Notes under the pieces: generated by a model
What the model was told of the DNA's origin: nothing
The model's database searches: none
The model's input: the letters and a program-made list of their open reading frames with translations, nothing else
DNA from: Patescibacteria group bacterium
GTDB taxonomy: Bacteria > Bacteroidota > Ignavibacteria > Kapaibacteriales > Kapaibacteriaceae
Assembly (NCBI GenBank): GCA_044238605.1
Contig: JBIICY010000004.1
Coordinates: 29,395 to 93,394 of the forward strand
Length of the DNA: 64,000 bases
Direction: 5' to 3'
Translations under genes and position numbers: made by a program
Part shown: piece after piece, positions 1-9,628 of the stretch
How positions within the stretch are numbered: position 1 is the stretch's first letter
How the letters are laid out: every line of letters begins with the position of its first letter

Positions 1-1952
1 GTTTCCATTGCTTCAATCGGTGGATCGTCTCCAAGCACCTTCCGCAGTACCCAGATCTTTGCCAACGTTTCTGGAGAGAGGAGAAGCTCTTCGCGGCGTG
101 TGCCAGAGCGGTTTACATCGATGGCAGGGAAGATGCGTCGCTCGGCGATCTTTCGCTCGAGAACAAGTTCCATGTTGCCCGTGCCCTTGAACTCTTCAAA
201 GATCACTTCGTCCATCCGTGAACTTGTTTCTACCAGAGCGGTTGCGATGATCGTGAGAGATCCGCCTTCTTCTACGTTGCGAGCTGCACCAAAGAAACGC
301 TTCGGACGCTGCATAGCATTTGCATCAACACCGCCCGACAGCAGCTTGCCCGATTGCGGAACAACGGTGTTGTGCGCACGTGCAAGGCGGGTGATCGAGT
401 CCAAAAGGATCACGACATCCTGCTTGGCCTCAACCAGGCGCTTGGCCTTTTCGATGACCATTTCACTTACCTGAACATGCCTCTCAGCAGGCTCGTCGAA
501 GGTTGATGCAATTACCTCTGCATTGACAGAGCGTTGCATGTCTGTTACTTCTTCGGGACGCTCATCAATCAGAAGTACAATGAGTTTTACTTCTGGGTGA
601 TTACGCGAGATCGCATTTGCAAGCTTCTGCAGAAGCACGGTCTTACCAGCTTTAGGTGGCGAAACGATTAGGCCACGCTGCCCCTTTCCAATAGGGGACA
701 CAAGGTCGATGATACGCGTTGAAAACTCTGACTGCATTGTCTCAAGATTCAGACGCACCTTCGGATAGTAGGGCGTAAGATTTTCAAACAATGGACGTGG
801 TGTATTCTCTACGAACGGAATGTAGTTGATCGAGTCTACCTTGATCAAGGCAAAGAACCGCTCTCCCTGACGGGGTGCGCGCACAAAGCCCTTGATGGTA
901 TCTCCCGTGCGCAATCCATAGCGCTTTACCTGAGAGGGGGCTACGTACACATCATCAGGAGACGGTAGGTAGTTAAAATCTGCAGAGCGCATAAAACCAT
1001 ACCCATCTGGCAGGATCTCAATAACGCCTGTTGTAATAGAGATGCCTTCACGCTGTGACTCCCGCATCTGCCGTGCATTTTCTGCCTCGACGATGCGGTT
1101 GATGAGATCCTGCTTCTTGAGATCTGCGAAGTCTTCGATCTCAAGATTCTGCGCAATGTCTACGAGTTCTGCAATCTTTTTGAGCTTTAGTTCGTTGACG
1201 TCGATCACCGTTCCGGCTTGCATCAACTCGCGTTCTTCGCGCTCGATCTCCAGATCATATGCTCTATGATCGCGGAAATGCCCACGGTCGCGTCCGCCAC
1301 GTCCACGACGCCTGTTGCGACCATGTCGATCAAACCTATCACGACCACTGTCACGGAAGTCATGACCACCGTCGCGTCCACCATCGCGACTACTGTCACG
1401 ACCGCCATCACGACCACCGTCACGTCCACTGTCACGACCGCCATCACGACCACCGTCACGACCACCGTCACGTCCACCGTCGCGACCGCCATCACGACCG
1501 CCATCACGTCCAGCGTCACGTCCACCGTCGCGTCCACCGTCACGACCACCGTCACGTCCACCGTCGCGACCACCGTCGCGTCCACCGTCGCGACCACCGT
1601 CGCGTCCACCGTCGCGACCACCGCTGCGCTGTTCCCGTTGATCACGGAACTGACGGTTGTCGCGTCCCTCGTGGCGTTCCTGACGTCCCTCGCGCCCTTC
1701 TTGTCCCTCGTGGCGTTCCTGACGCTCCTGAGGTTGCTGCCGTTCTTCACGACGGCTTGCTGTCTCTTGAGCTACTTCTTCCTTTACGACCTTTGTTCTG
1801 CGTCGTGCTGGGCGTGGCGCATCCTCAGTAACTGGCGCTACTGTCGGCGCGGCTGGTGCTGCTGTTTCAGCATCGGTTTTCTTCTTGCGAGTGCGTGTTG
1901 CGCGTGGTGTGCTCTCTGCTTGAGCATCATCGGACATGGTGCGTTTTGCCAT
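1..1952 (-). CDS. rho: Transcription termination factor Rho (3-prime partial; C-terminal ~15-25 aa lie beyond the window start) with a long N-terminal insertion made of tandem RDGG repeats
   Basis: Minus-strand translation from the ATG at 1952 gives [11 protein letters not shown]..., then about 17 RDGG repeats. At window positions 50-110 the C-terminal sequence [38 protein letters not shown] matches the conserved Rho C-terminus. The ORF is absent from the six-frame track because it runs off the window edge. Confidence 0.85.
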   Translation of the reverse strand, partial: MAKRTMSDDAQAESTPRATRTRKKKTDAETAAPAAPTVAPVTEDAPRPARRRTKVVKEEVAQETASRREERQQPQERQERHEGQEGREGRQERHEGRDNRQFRDQREQRSGGRDGGRDGGRDGGRDGGRDGGRDGGRDGGRDGGRDAGRDGGRDGGRDGGRDGGRDGGRDGGRDSGRDGGRDGGRDSSRDGGRDGGHDFRDSGRDRFDRHGRNRRRGRGGRDRGHFRDHRAYDLEIEREERELMQAGTVIDVNELKLKKIAELVDIAQNLEIEDFADLKKQDLINRIVEAENARQMRESQREGISITTGVIEILPDGYGFMRSADFNYLPSPDDVYVAPSQVKRYGLRTGDTIKGFVRAPRQGERFFALIKVDSINYIPFVENTPRPLFENLTPYYPKVRLNLETMQSEFSTRIIDLVSPIGKGQRGLIVSPPKAGKTVLLQKLANAISRNHPEVKLIVLLIDERPEEVTDMQRSVNAEVIASTFDEPAERHVQVSEMVIEKAKRLVEAKQDVVILLDSITRLARAHNTVVPQSGKLLSGGVDANAMQRPKRFFGAARNVEEGGSLTIIATALVETSSRMDEVIFEEFKGTGNMELVLERKIAERRIFPAIDVNRSGTRREELLLSPETLAKIWVLRKVLGDDPPIEAME

Positions 1953-2141
1953 GGTTCTAAAACGAAAATGTGGGATCGTCGAGCTTGAGACACCACAGCC
2001 AGACGTGCTGGGGGTGATGATTCTCTAGTGTAGCTGGCCTTCGGTAAATCATGCTGCATATACAGCCAGGATGGCTGTGAAGGCCTTGCAATATAGTCGC
2101 AATTATTGGTTCAGCAATATCTCTGTATATTTGCACCTCAC

Positions 2142-2215
2142 GGCGGTCGTAGCTCAGTTGGTAGAGCCCCAGATTGTGACTCTGGTTGTCGCGGGTTCAA
2201 GCCCCGTCGATCGCC
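2142..2215 (+). tRNA. tRNA-His (anticodon GTG) with an encoded G-1 and a C73 discriminator
   Basis: Hand-folded cloverleaf: G-1 plus acceptor stem GCGGTCG/CGATCGC, D-arm GCTCAGTTGGTAGAGC, anticodon stem CCAGA/TCTGG with loop TTGTGAC, T-arm GCGGGTTCAAGCCCCGT. Confidence 0.8.
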
Positions 2216-2235
2216 CAAATACTCGTTGATTTCAG

Positions 2236-2270
2236 ACGCCACGGCATTTCACCGTGGCGTTTGTTGTTTC
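2236..2270 (+). terminator. Rho-independent terminator after tRNA-His
   Basis: Perfect 9-bp stem ACGCCACGG / CCGTGGCGT with loop CATTTCA, followed by TTGTTGTTT. Confidence 0.6.
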
Positions 2271-2294
2271 GGTTGGTAGTTTGCGTAATTAGGT

Positions 2295-3998
2295 ATGATC
2301 ACCTTCGTACTCCATACGCATTTACCCTACGTCCTGCACCACGGACACTGGCCACACGGCAGCGACTGGCTATGTGAGGCCGTTGCCGAATGCTACATAC
2401 CACTGCTGCAAACGTGCAGACGCCTGATGGCCGAGGGCATCAGGCCTGGAGTTACCTTCGACATTTCTCCCATACTCTGCGAGCAGCTGGCACACCCCGA
2501 TTTTTCGCCGCTGTTTACGGAGTACTGTCGCAATCATATCGAGCTTGCAACGACTGATCTTCGTCAGTTCACTGCAGACCTGGCAGAGCCTGCAGTCATA
2601 GAACAGGCGCAGTACTGGTCTACCTGGTATGAAGAGGCCCTTCGTGCATTTCATGATGAGTTTGCGGGCAACATTCTTGCTGCATTCAAGGATCTGCAGG
2701 ATCAGGGGGCTATCGAGATTATGACGTGCGGCGCAACGCACGGGTACTTCCCACTGCTTGCAGAGGATTCATCGATAGATCTTCAAGTAAACCTAGCTGT
2801 ACAGTCATACAAGCGCCACTTCGGCAAGCCCCCTCGCGGAATCTGGCTTCCCGAATGTGCATATCGTCCGTCGTACCCGTGGCGAACCTACCTACCGGTC
2901 TACGCATATTCACGCGAAGAACGTCGCATGGGTATTGAGCAGATTCTGCAACAACACGGTCTGCAGTTTTTTGTAACGGATGAAGCCGCGATACGGAAGT
3001 CACAACCGATCGGTGTGCGCGGCGAGGATGGGTATCGCACTCCGTATCATGAAACATACGGACACGCCAGAGAGCTTCTTGATACAAGAACACCCTACAG
3101 TGTATACTCTGTCAGCGGATTTGATCATCATGATGCCGTTCGTGTTCTTTCGAGGAACATGAACATCGCGCTTCAGGTATGGAGTGGTCAGACAGGATAT
3201 CCTGGAGATCCGGACTACCTAGATTTTCACAAGAAGTATCATAACTCAGCGTTACGTTACTGGCGTGTAACCGATTCCAAGGCAGACATGCAGTACAAAC
3301 AGCCATATGTTCCAGTCTGGGCCGAGTCACGAGCCAAACTGCATGCCCGGCATTTCGTTGATTTCCTGGAAGTAACCGTGAAGTCGCGTTTTGCGCAAAA
3401 TGGATACGAACCAACAATATGCCTGCCCTTTGACACCGAGTTGTTTGGACATTGGTGGTTTGAAGGGCCGATGTTTATCGAACATGTTCTGCGCGGCATT
3501 CATGCTTCGTCTGTTCTCAAGACGCGGACAGCCTCGGAGCAGGTTGATCACCCACGTCCGATCTGCGAGGTAGCCCTTCCTGAATCGTCGTGGGGCAAGG
3601 ACGGCGATCACAGTGTGTGGATTAACGATGACACAAAATGGACGTGGGAAGCAGAGTATTCGCTCGAGCGCAGAATCACCCTGCTCATGGAGAAACATCC
3701 CGTGCGAATATGGGATGACGTCATGAGGCGCGTAGCACTGAACATCCACGCTGAACTATTGCTTACGCAAGCTTCAGACTGGCAGTTCCTGATCACAAAT
3801 TGTACTGCACGCGACTATGCTGAAATGCGATTTCATAATCACGTGCATGACACGCGCCGTTGCTGCGAGATCTTTGAGAGGTATGCGGTTACAAAAGAAC
3901 TTACTGACGATGACCTACGGTATCTCGATGAACTAGAGCAGCGCGACGGAGTCTTTAGGCAGGAACTAAATCTCTATTTTGCAGGCCATGCAGCATAG
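2295..3998 (+). CDS. GH57-family 1,4-alpha-glucan branching enzyme
   Basis: The N-terminus MITFVLHTHLPYVLHHGHWPHGSDWLCEAVAECYIPLL matches the GH57 branching-enzyme signature (HTHxPYV...WxxEAxxExYIPLL, as in Thermococcus TK1436 and Mycobacterium Rv3031). The ORF is 567 aa. Confidence 0.85.
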   Translation: MITFVLHTHLPYVLHHGHWPHGSDWLCEAVAECYIPLLQTCRRLMAEGIRPGVTFDISPILCEQLAHPDFSPLFTEYCRNHIELATTDLRQFTADLAEPAVIEQAQYWSTWYEEALRAFHDEFAGNILAAFKDLQDQGAIEIMTCGATHGYFPLLAEDSSIDLQVNLAVQSYKRHFGKPPRGIWLPECAYRPSYPWRTYLPVYAYSREERRMGIEQILQQHGLQFFVTDEAAIRKSQPIGVRGEDGYRTPYHETYGHARELLDTRTPYSVYSVSGFDHHDAVRVLSRNMNIALQVWSGQTGYPGDPDYLDFHKKYHNSALRYWRVTDSKADMQYKQPYVPVWAESRAKLHARHFVDFLEVTVKSRFAQNGYEPTICLPFDTELFGHWWFEGPMFIEHVLRGIHASSVLKTRTASEQVDHPRPICEVALPESSWGKDGDHSVWINDDTKWTWEAEYSLERRITLLMEKHPVRIWDDVMRRVALNIHAELLLTQASDWQFLITNCTARDYAEMRFHNHVHDTRRCCEIFERYAVTKELTDDDLRYLDELEQRDGVFRQELNLYFAGHAA

Positions 3999-4881
3999 TT
4001 CGTCATTCGCACGTGTCGTGATCAAACAGATTCGCGTGTATCAGTGGGTAAAGAACCTCCTGATCTTTGTTCCTCTTCTGCTCGCGCACAAGACAGACAA
4101 CGCACAGGCGATTATTCATTGCCTCATCGGTTTTGCGGCCATGAGTTTCCTTGCTTCCGCGGTCTATGTTCTAAACGACCTCGCCGATGCAGAACACGAT
4201 AGGGCGCATCCTCGTAAGAAGTATCGTCCGATTGCATCTGGGGCCGTCTCCGTAGCTCAGGCATGGACAATGGTTGCCATCCTGCTCGGTACAACTGTGC
4301 TACTTTGTACGCTGTACCTGCCGATGAGTTTTGTGGCATGGCTGGCTGTGTATGCGGTGGCAACAACGCTGTATTCGTTTGTACTCAAACGGGTTGTTCT
4401 GGTGGATGTGATTGCTCTTGCCGGACTTTACTCACTTAGGCTTGCTGCAGGGGGCGCTGCAGGTAACGTTGAGGTGTCGCCGTGGCTTCTTGGCTTTTCG
4501 TTGTTCTTGTTCATGAGCCTAGCTTTTCTGAAGCGGTATACTGAACTGCGCGACACGATCGAGCGAGACGGACATCATGTTTCGGGCCGGGGGTATCATG
4601 TTGGTGATTCAGAATTCGTTCTTATTGCCGGCACGGCATTGGGATTTGTGGCTGTCTTGATCTTTACGCTCTACGTCAATGGAACACAGGTACAGGCCCT
4701 GTATTCGCATCCTACCAGAATGTGGCTTATCTCACCATGTCTTGTGTATTGGATCAGCCACTTGTGGCTTACGGCTCATCGTGGCGGCATGCATGACGAT
4801 CCCATCGTCTTTGCAGCGCGCGACTATCCGTCGTGGATTGTCGGAGCAGTGATCACGGCTATCGCAGTATCCGCAACCTAG
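3979..4881 (+). CDS. UbiA-family polyprenyl-phosphate phosphoribosyltransferase (decaprenyl-phosphate 5-phosphoribosyltransferase-like, DPPR synthase)
   Basis: Multi-pass membrane protein with the UbiA motif VLNDLADAEHDRAHPRKKYRPIASG. It overlaps the GH57 stop and is immediately followed by DprE1/DprE2 homologs. Confidence 0.75.
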   Translation: MQAMQHSSSFARVVIKQIRVYQWVKNLLIFVPLLLAHKTDNAQAIIHCLIGFAAMSFLASAVYVLNDLADAEHDRAHPRKKYRPIASGAVSVAQAWTMVAILLGTTVLLCTLYLPMSFVAWLAVYAVATTLYSFVLKRVVLVDVIALAGLYSLRLAAGGAAGNVEVSPWLLGFSLFLFMSLAFLKRYTELRDTIERDGHHVSGRGYHVGDSEFVLIAGTALGFVAVLIFTLYVNGTQVQALYSHPTRMWLISPCLVYWISHLWLTAHRGGMHDDPIVFAARDYPSWIVGAVITAIAVSAT

Positions 4882-4889
4882 GTGCAGAT

Positions 4890-6209
4890 ATGAGCATGCC
4901 TGCTATGTCGTGGGGACGCTACCCACGCGCGCAACATACAAGAGAAGAATCACCAGAGTGGCGTCAGCAGCTTGTTCGGGCGATGTCCGGACATGATACA
5001 TTCCTTGCATTCGGACTCGGCAGATCATACGGAGACGTCTGCCTCAATGACGGTGCTGGGCTTGTCCGTATGCACAGATTCTCTCACATCCTGTCGTTCG
5101 ATACAACCACTGGTGTGCTTCGCGCTGAGGCCGGGTTATCTATAGCCGAGATGCTCTCGGTAATCATACCCGCAGGTTGGTTTACGCCTGTTACTCCGGG
5201 CACGAAATTCGTTACGCTAGGCGGCGCAGTGGCTAACGATGTTCATGGGAAGAATCATCATAAGGTAGGTACATTCGGCCGCCATGTGCGGGCGTTCGAG
5301 CTAATGCGGTCGGATGGAACGGTGATGGTCTGTTCACCAACACAGCACGTAGATCAATATCGGGCAACTATTGGTGGAATGGGGCTTACCGGAATCATCA
5401 CGTGGGTTGAACTACAGCTTACCCCGATTGCCTCTCGGATGGTCGAGGAACAGAGCATTAAAGCGCGATCCCTTCAGGAGGTGGTTGAGTTAACGGAAGA
5501 GGCCGATGCCGACTGGGACTATACCGTTAGTTGGATCGACGTGATGGCCTCAGGTAGCTCGTTAGGAAAGGGTATTCTGCTACGGGGCAGGTTCTCCGAC
5601 GCAGCTGATGGTTCACTTGCTTCGCCGCAAAGCTCCCAACTACTTCGAGTGCCATTTGATGCGCCTTCATGGGTGCTCAGCAGGCCCACGATCAAGGCCT
5701 TTAATACATTCTGGTATAACAAGCAGCTCGCACGAGAACACCGCCGGCATGTTGATCTTGAGCCATTCTTCTATCCGCTGGATGCCATAGGCAATTGGAA
5801 CCGGCTCTATGGAACACGTGGTATGCTCCAGTATCAATGCGTGGTGCCAATGCAAAACGGCGTTGCTACGATGAAGTCGATCATCGGTGAACTGCAGCGA
5901 GGCGCAGGAGCCTCGTTCTTGGCCGTTGTAAAGAAGTTTGGCTCTCATACGTCGCCCGGCTTAATGTCGTTTCCGCAGCCTGGATTGACGCTTACTTTAG
6001 ACATGCCGAATTCTGGTAGGCGGCTCTTCGCAGCTCTGGACCGCTGCGACGACATTGTTGCCTCGGTTGGCGGACGGGTCTATGCTGCAAAGGATGCTCG
6101 CATTCGTGGTGATCGCTTCATTAGCATGTATGAGAACTACTCTGAATTTGTCCAGTACATTGATCCTCGGTGCTCAAGCTCATTTTGGCGCCGCATTCAC
6201 AATAGCTAA
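4890..6209 (+). CDS. dprE1: FAD-dependent decaprenylphosphoryl-beta-D-ribose 2-oxidase-like protein (DprE1 homolog)
   Basis: Long collinear similarity to mycobacterial DprE1: GLGRSYGD, LPGTKFVTLGGAVANDVHGKNHH, IGGMGLTGIITWVELQLTP, QYQCVVP. The start is placed at ATG 4890, after the UbiA stop, rather than at 4833. Confidence 0.8.
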   Translation: MSMPAMSWGRYPRAQHTREESPEWRQQLVRAMSGHDTFLAFGLGRSYGDVCLNDGAGLVRMHRFSHILSFDTTTGVLRAEAGLSIAEMLSVIIPAGWFTPVTPGTKFVTLGGAVANDVHGKNHHKVGTFGRHVRAFELMRSDGTVMVCSPTQHVDQYRATIGGMGLTGIITWVELQLTPIASRMVEEQSIKARSLQEVVELTEEADADWDYTVSWIDVMASGSSLGKGILLRGRFSDAADGSLASPQSSQLLRVPFDAPSWVLSRPTIKAFNTFWYNKQLAREHRRHVDLEPFFYPLDAIGNWNRLYGTRGMLQYQCVVPMQNGVATMKSIIGELQRGAGASFLAVVKKFGSHTSPGLMSFPQPGLTLTLDMPNSGRRLFAALDRCDDIVASVGGRVYAAKDARIRGDRFISMYENYSEFVQYIDPRCSSSFWRRIHNS

Positions 6210-6223
6210 AGCGTAGGTTTTTT

Positions 6224-6964
6224 ATGTCTTCGAAGTCGATCGTCATCATTGGTGCAACGTCAGCAATTGCGCACGGCGTTGCAAAGCTCTACGCCAAGGA
6301 CAAGGCACGCTTTGCACTTGTGGCCCGCAGCGCACAAAACCTTGACGTTGTTGCGAATGATCTTCGCTCCCGAGGTGCATCGCATGCATCGACGTTTATC
6401 GCAGACCTGAAGGATATTGCGCGTCATGACGAGATCGTACGCTTTGCAATGTCAGATCTCGGTAGGGTAGACATCGTTATCCTCGCTCACGGCCTGCTGA
6501 AAGACCAGACAGAGATCGACAATGATGTTGACGCAACGCTCGAGATGTTTGAGGTGAACGCCACGAGTATGATATCTCTGGCTCATCGCTTTGGATGTGC
6601 ACTCGAGAAACAGGGAAGTGGCACGTTGGTTGGACTATCTTCAGTAGCTGGTGAACGTGGTCGCCGCGCACTCTATGCCTATGCCGCTGCAAAGTCTGCC
6701 GTTTCAGAGTTTCTCTCTGGAATGCGAGGACGCTACCTACCGCTCGGTATCAATGTGCTGACTGTAAAGCCTGGACCAGTTGATACGCCTATGACAGCCG
6801 GCCGAACCCTGCCGCTTATGGCCAGTGTTGACAAGGTCTCGCTCGATATCCGTAAGGCTATCGATACACGTAAGCATGTGCTCTACACACCAGGTATTTG
6901 GCGCGTTGTCATGGCCATCATGCGCTCTATCCCGGAAGGGATTTTCCAGCGCATGAAGATCTAA
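6224..6964 (+). CDS. dprE2: Short-chain dehydrogenase/reductase, DprE2-like 2-keto reductase partner of DprE1
   Basis: SDR fold with IIGATSAIAHGVA as the Rossmann motif, and YAAAK as the catalytic YxxxK. It is 246 aa, about the size of DprE2, and lies directly downstream of the DprE1 homolog. Confidence 0.65.
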   Translation: MSSKSIVIIGATSAIAHGVAKLYAKDKARFALVARSAQNLDVVANDLRSRGASHASTFIADLKDIARHDEIVRFAMSDLGRVDIVILAHGLLKDQTEIDNDVDATLEMFEVNATSMISLAHRFGCALEKQGSGTLVGLSSVAGERGRRALYAYAAAKSAVSEFLSGMRGRYLPLGINVLTVKPGPVDTPMTAGRTLPLMASVDKVSLDIRKAIDTRKHVLYTPGIWRVVMAIMRSIPEGIFQRMKI

Positions 6965-6977
6965 TGAATGCTGCGGC

Positions 6978-9035
6978 CTAGGATGGACTCAGCGCAAGGC
7001 TGCCTTCATCTGCACCAGAATCAGATTCAGTTGACGGGGCTTGTGGGGGTGCGCTGTTGCGCAGCTTTTCACGGAATGATTCTACATCCTTGATGATCGG
7101 GCGGAGCTCGCCCCCTTGGATAAGTACGTCCAGCTCGTTGCTGTCGAGAGTCTCACGTTCCATGAGAGCCTTGGAACATCTATGGAGCAATTCCAAGTTG
7201 TTCCTCATAAGCTCTTCGGCCTTTCGTTCTGCATCGATGATAATGCGCCGCACCTCGGAATCGATCGATCTGGCTGTTTCCTCAGAATGGTCACGGGGCT
7301 GAGAAATCTCACGTCCAAGAAATACTTCTTCCTGATGATTCGCGTAGCGAACAGGACCAATTACATCGCTCATTCCGAACTCGCACACCATCTTCTTTGC
7401 GATCATGGTTGCACGTTCAAGGTCGTTTGATGCACCAGTGTTGAGCTGATTGAACACCACACGCTCTGCTGCGCGCCCGGCAAGAAGTGTAACGAGTCGT
7501 GTAGCCAGTTGATCGGCACTCATCGTGTGCATTTCTTCGTTTGGCAGATACGACGTAACACCGAGTGCGCGTCCGCGTGGAATGATGGTAACCTTGTGTA
7601 CTTCATCGCCATGCGGCAGAAGCTTACCAGCGAGGGCATGTCCGATCTCATGGTAGGACGTCGTTTCCTTCTCGCGCTCGCTCATGACCATGCTCTTACG
7701 CTCTACGCCCATGATCACTTTGTCTTTCGCGTTCTCAAAATCGTACATCGCAACGTCCTGGCTATTCCTGCGAGCTGCAAGAAGCGCTGCTTCGTTCACA
7801 AGGTTAGCAAGGTCAGCGCCGCTCATGCCTGGAGTACCGCGGGCGATCACTTCAAGGTCTACATCCTTGCTCATCGGAACCTTGCGTGTGTGCACCTTGA
7901 GAATACCGAGTCTGCCATGAACATCTGGACGGTCCACAACAACCTGGCGGTCGAAGCGGCCTGGGCGAAGAAGCGCTGGATCTAAAACATCGGCACGATT
8001 TGTTGCCGCGATAATGATGATGCCAGAGTTTTGCTCAAACCCATCCATCTCAACGAGCAGCTGGTTCAATGTTTGTTCGCGCTCGTCGTGCCCGCCCCCT
8101 AGTCCAGCACCGCGATGGCGTCCAACAGCATCAATCTCGTCGATGAATACGATACATGGCGACTGCTTTTTAGCCTGTTCGAACAGATCACGCACGCGGC
8201 TTGCACCAACACCAACGAACATCTCCACGAAGTCTGCACCTGAGATCGTAAAGAATGGTACACCTGCTTCACCAGCAACCGCTCGCGCCAGGAGAGTTTT
8301 GCCAGTGCCCGGAGGGCCGAGTAGAAGCACACCACGTGGGATCTTGCCACCGAGGCGGGTAAACCTCGCAGGTTCACGGAGGAACTCAACGATTTCCTTC
8401 AATTCTTCCTTGGCTTCGTCCGCTCCTGCAACGTCAGTAAACGTAATGCGCATGTTCCCGTCATTTAGCAGCCGTGCACGGCTCTTTCCGAATGAAAAGA
8501 TGTTCTTGCCGCCCGATGCTCCAGACTGCATTCTGCGCGTAACAAAGATGAATGCCACAAACAGGAGCACCCATGGCAGAAACTGTACGATTGACATCCA
8601 CCATGGCGTGTCACCGCTTTCGTATTTCCATGTTACACCATGGCTAACCCAGTACTGTTCTGTCTGACTGTCTACAACTCCAAGCTTTGTCTCGAAAACA
8701 TCACCAGGGTTTAGTACGAGTTTTCCTTCAGGGATGTGTGACCGATAGACCGTGACAGGAGACTTTAACTCTCCGCGGAATTCAAAGTCGTTGAGCTGGG
8801 TCTTGTAGATCGTTGCTCGAGAAACCTTGTTCCCGTCGATTGCAAGCTTGTACTCACTGTAGGTAAGCTCCTGTACGACGCGATCGCCCTTTTGCATAAG
8901 TATGCCCACCATGACAAGGGAGACAAGGATGCCCACCCAAATCAGGACGTTGCGTAGGACGCGTGAAACCGACATGTCGTTGTTGTCTTCTTGATCGCGC
9001 CGTGGGCGCTGCGGCTGTTGTTGTTGTCCGTTCAT
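6978..9035 (-). CDS. ftsH: ATP-dependent zinc metalloprotease FtsH
   Basis: N-terminal TM segment, AAA Walker [12 protein letters not shown], second region of homology, zinc motif HEIGHALAG, acidic C-terminal tail. Confidence 0.9.
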   Translation of the reverse strand: MNGQQQQPQRPRRDQEDNNDMSVSRVLRNVLIWVGILVSLVMVGILMQKGDRVVQELTYSEYKLAIDGNKVSRATIYKTQLNDFEFRGELKSPVTVYRSHIPEGKLVLNPGDVFETKLGVVDSQTEQYWVSHGVTWKYESGDTPWWMSIVQFLPWVLLFVAFIFVTRRMQSGASGGKNIFSFGKSRARLLNDGNMRITFTDVAGADEAKEELKEIVEFLREPARFTRLGGKIPRGVLLLGPPGTGKTLLARAVAGEAGVPFFTISGADFVEMFVGVGASRVRDLFEQAKKQSPCIVFIDEIDAVGRHRGAGLGGGHDEREQTLNQLLVEMDGFEQNSGIIIIAATNRADVLDPALLRPGRFDRQVVVDRPDVHGRLGILKVHTRKVPMSKDVDLEVIARGTPGMSGADLANLVNEAALLAARRNSQDVAMYDFENAKDKVIMGVERKSMVMSEREKETTSYHEIGHALAGKLLPHGDEVHKVTIIPRGRALGVTSYLPNEEMHTMSADQLATRLVTLLAGRAAERVVFNQLNTGASNDLERATMIAKKMVCEFGMSDVIGPVRYANHQEEVFLGREISQPRDHSEETARSIDSEVRRIIIDAERKAEELMRNNLELLHRCSKALMERETLDSNELDVLIQGGELRPIIKDVESFREKLRNSAPPQAPSTESDSGADEGSLALSPS

Positions 9036-9063
9036 AGGCGCTTAGACGTATACCCTTGCAATT

Positions 9064-9624
9064 TCATGCCTCGTGCGAGGCATCATGAACCCAAATATCG
9101 GCCAGATGACGACCCTGTTCTGCATAATCGAGGCCATATCCGACTACAAACTCGCTTCCGATTTCTTTACCGACGTAGTCAACCGACAACGGCTCTTTGT
9201 GAGCCTCAGGTTTACTCAGCAGGGCAGCAACAGTAAGACTTTTAGGCTGAAGTATGCTGAGATGTTTTTTCAATTCTGTGATGGTTGTACCTGATTCTAC
9301 AATGTCCTCGATCAGGAGGATGTTGCGACCCTCGACATCTGTAAACAGCCCTTCGATGGTGACCGTTCCCGATGACTGCATCCGTGACCCGTAGCTGGAG
9401 GCACGCGCGAACTCCACGACCACAGGCATCGTGAGGCGCCTGACCAAATCGGCTGCAAAGAGGAATGAACCTTTCAAAATCACGATCGCCGTGAGCTCTT
9501 GTCCAGAAAAGTCGGCGTTGATTTGTGCAGCAACAGAGTTGACCATCGATTCGATCTCTACGCTGGAGATCAGCGGACGAAATGTTTTGTCGTGAACCTG
9601 AATTTCAGTGGGTCTGTTGCCCAT
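9064..9624 (-). CDS. hpt: Hypoxanthine-guanine phosphoribosyltransferase
   Basis: PRTase motif ILLIEDIVESGTTI and VVVEFARASSYG. The start is probably the internal Met MGNRPTEIQVH. Confidence 0.85.
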   Translation of the reverse strand: MGNRPTEIQVHDKTFRPLISSVEIESMVNSVAAQINADFSGQELTAIVILKGSFLFAADLVRRLTMPVVVEFARASSYGSRMQSSGTVTIEGLFTDVEGRNILLIEDIVESGTTITELKKHLSILQPKSLTVAALLSKPEAHKEPLSVDYVGKEIGSEFVVGYGLDYAEQGRHLADIWVHDASHEA

Positions 9625-9628
9625 TTCA

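Noticed and set aside
1218-1988. Long plus-strand ORFs (256 aa Thr/Val-rich, 190 aa His/Arg/Asp-rich) and the minus-strand 1223..1750 ORF over the Rho repeat region
   Set aside because: They are shadow frames of the RDGG-encoding 12-mer tandem array of rho. The real gene is the minus-strand frame giving MAKRT ... RDGG ... and a Rho C-terminus.
4833-4889. Upstream start for the DprE1 homolog at 4833
   Set aside because: It overlaps the UbiA gene by 49 nt. The ATG at 4890 follows the UbiA stop and precedes the conserved region.
8014-8667. Antisense ORFs inside ftsH, tilS, gap, the helicase gene and others (for example 8014..8667, 10347..10856, 31874..32701, 35650..35979, 38520..38870)
   Set aside because: They are fully embedded opposite well-supported genes with no motifs, which is typical of high-GC shadow ORFs.
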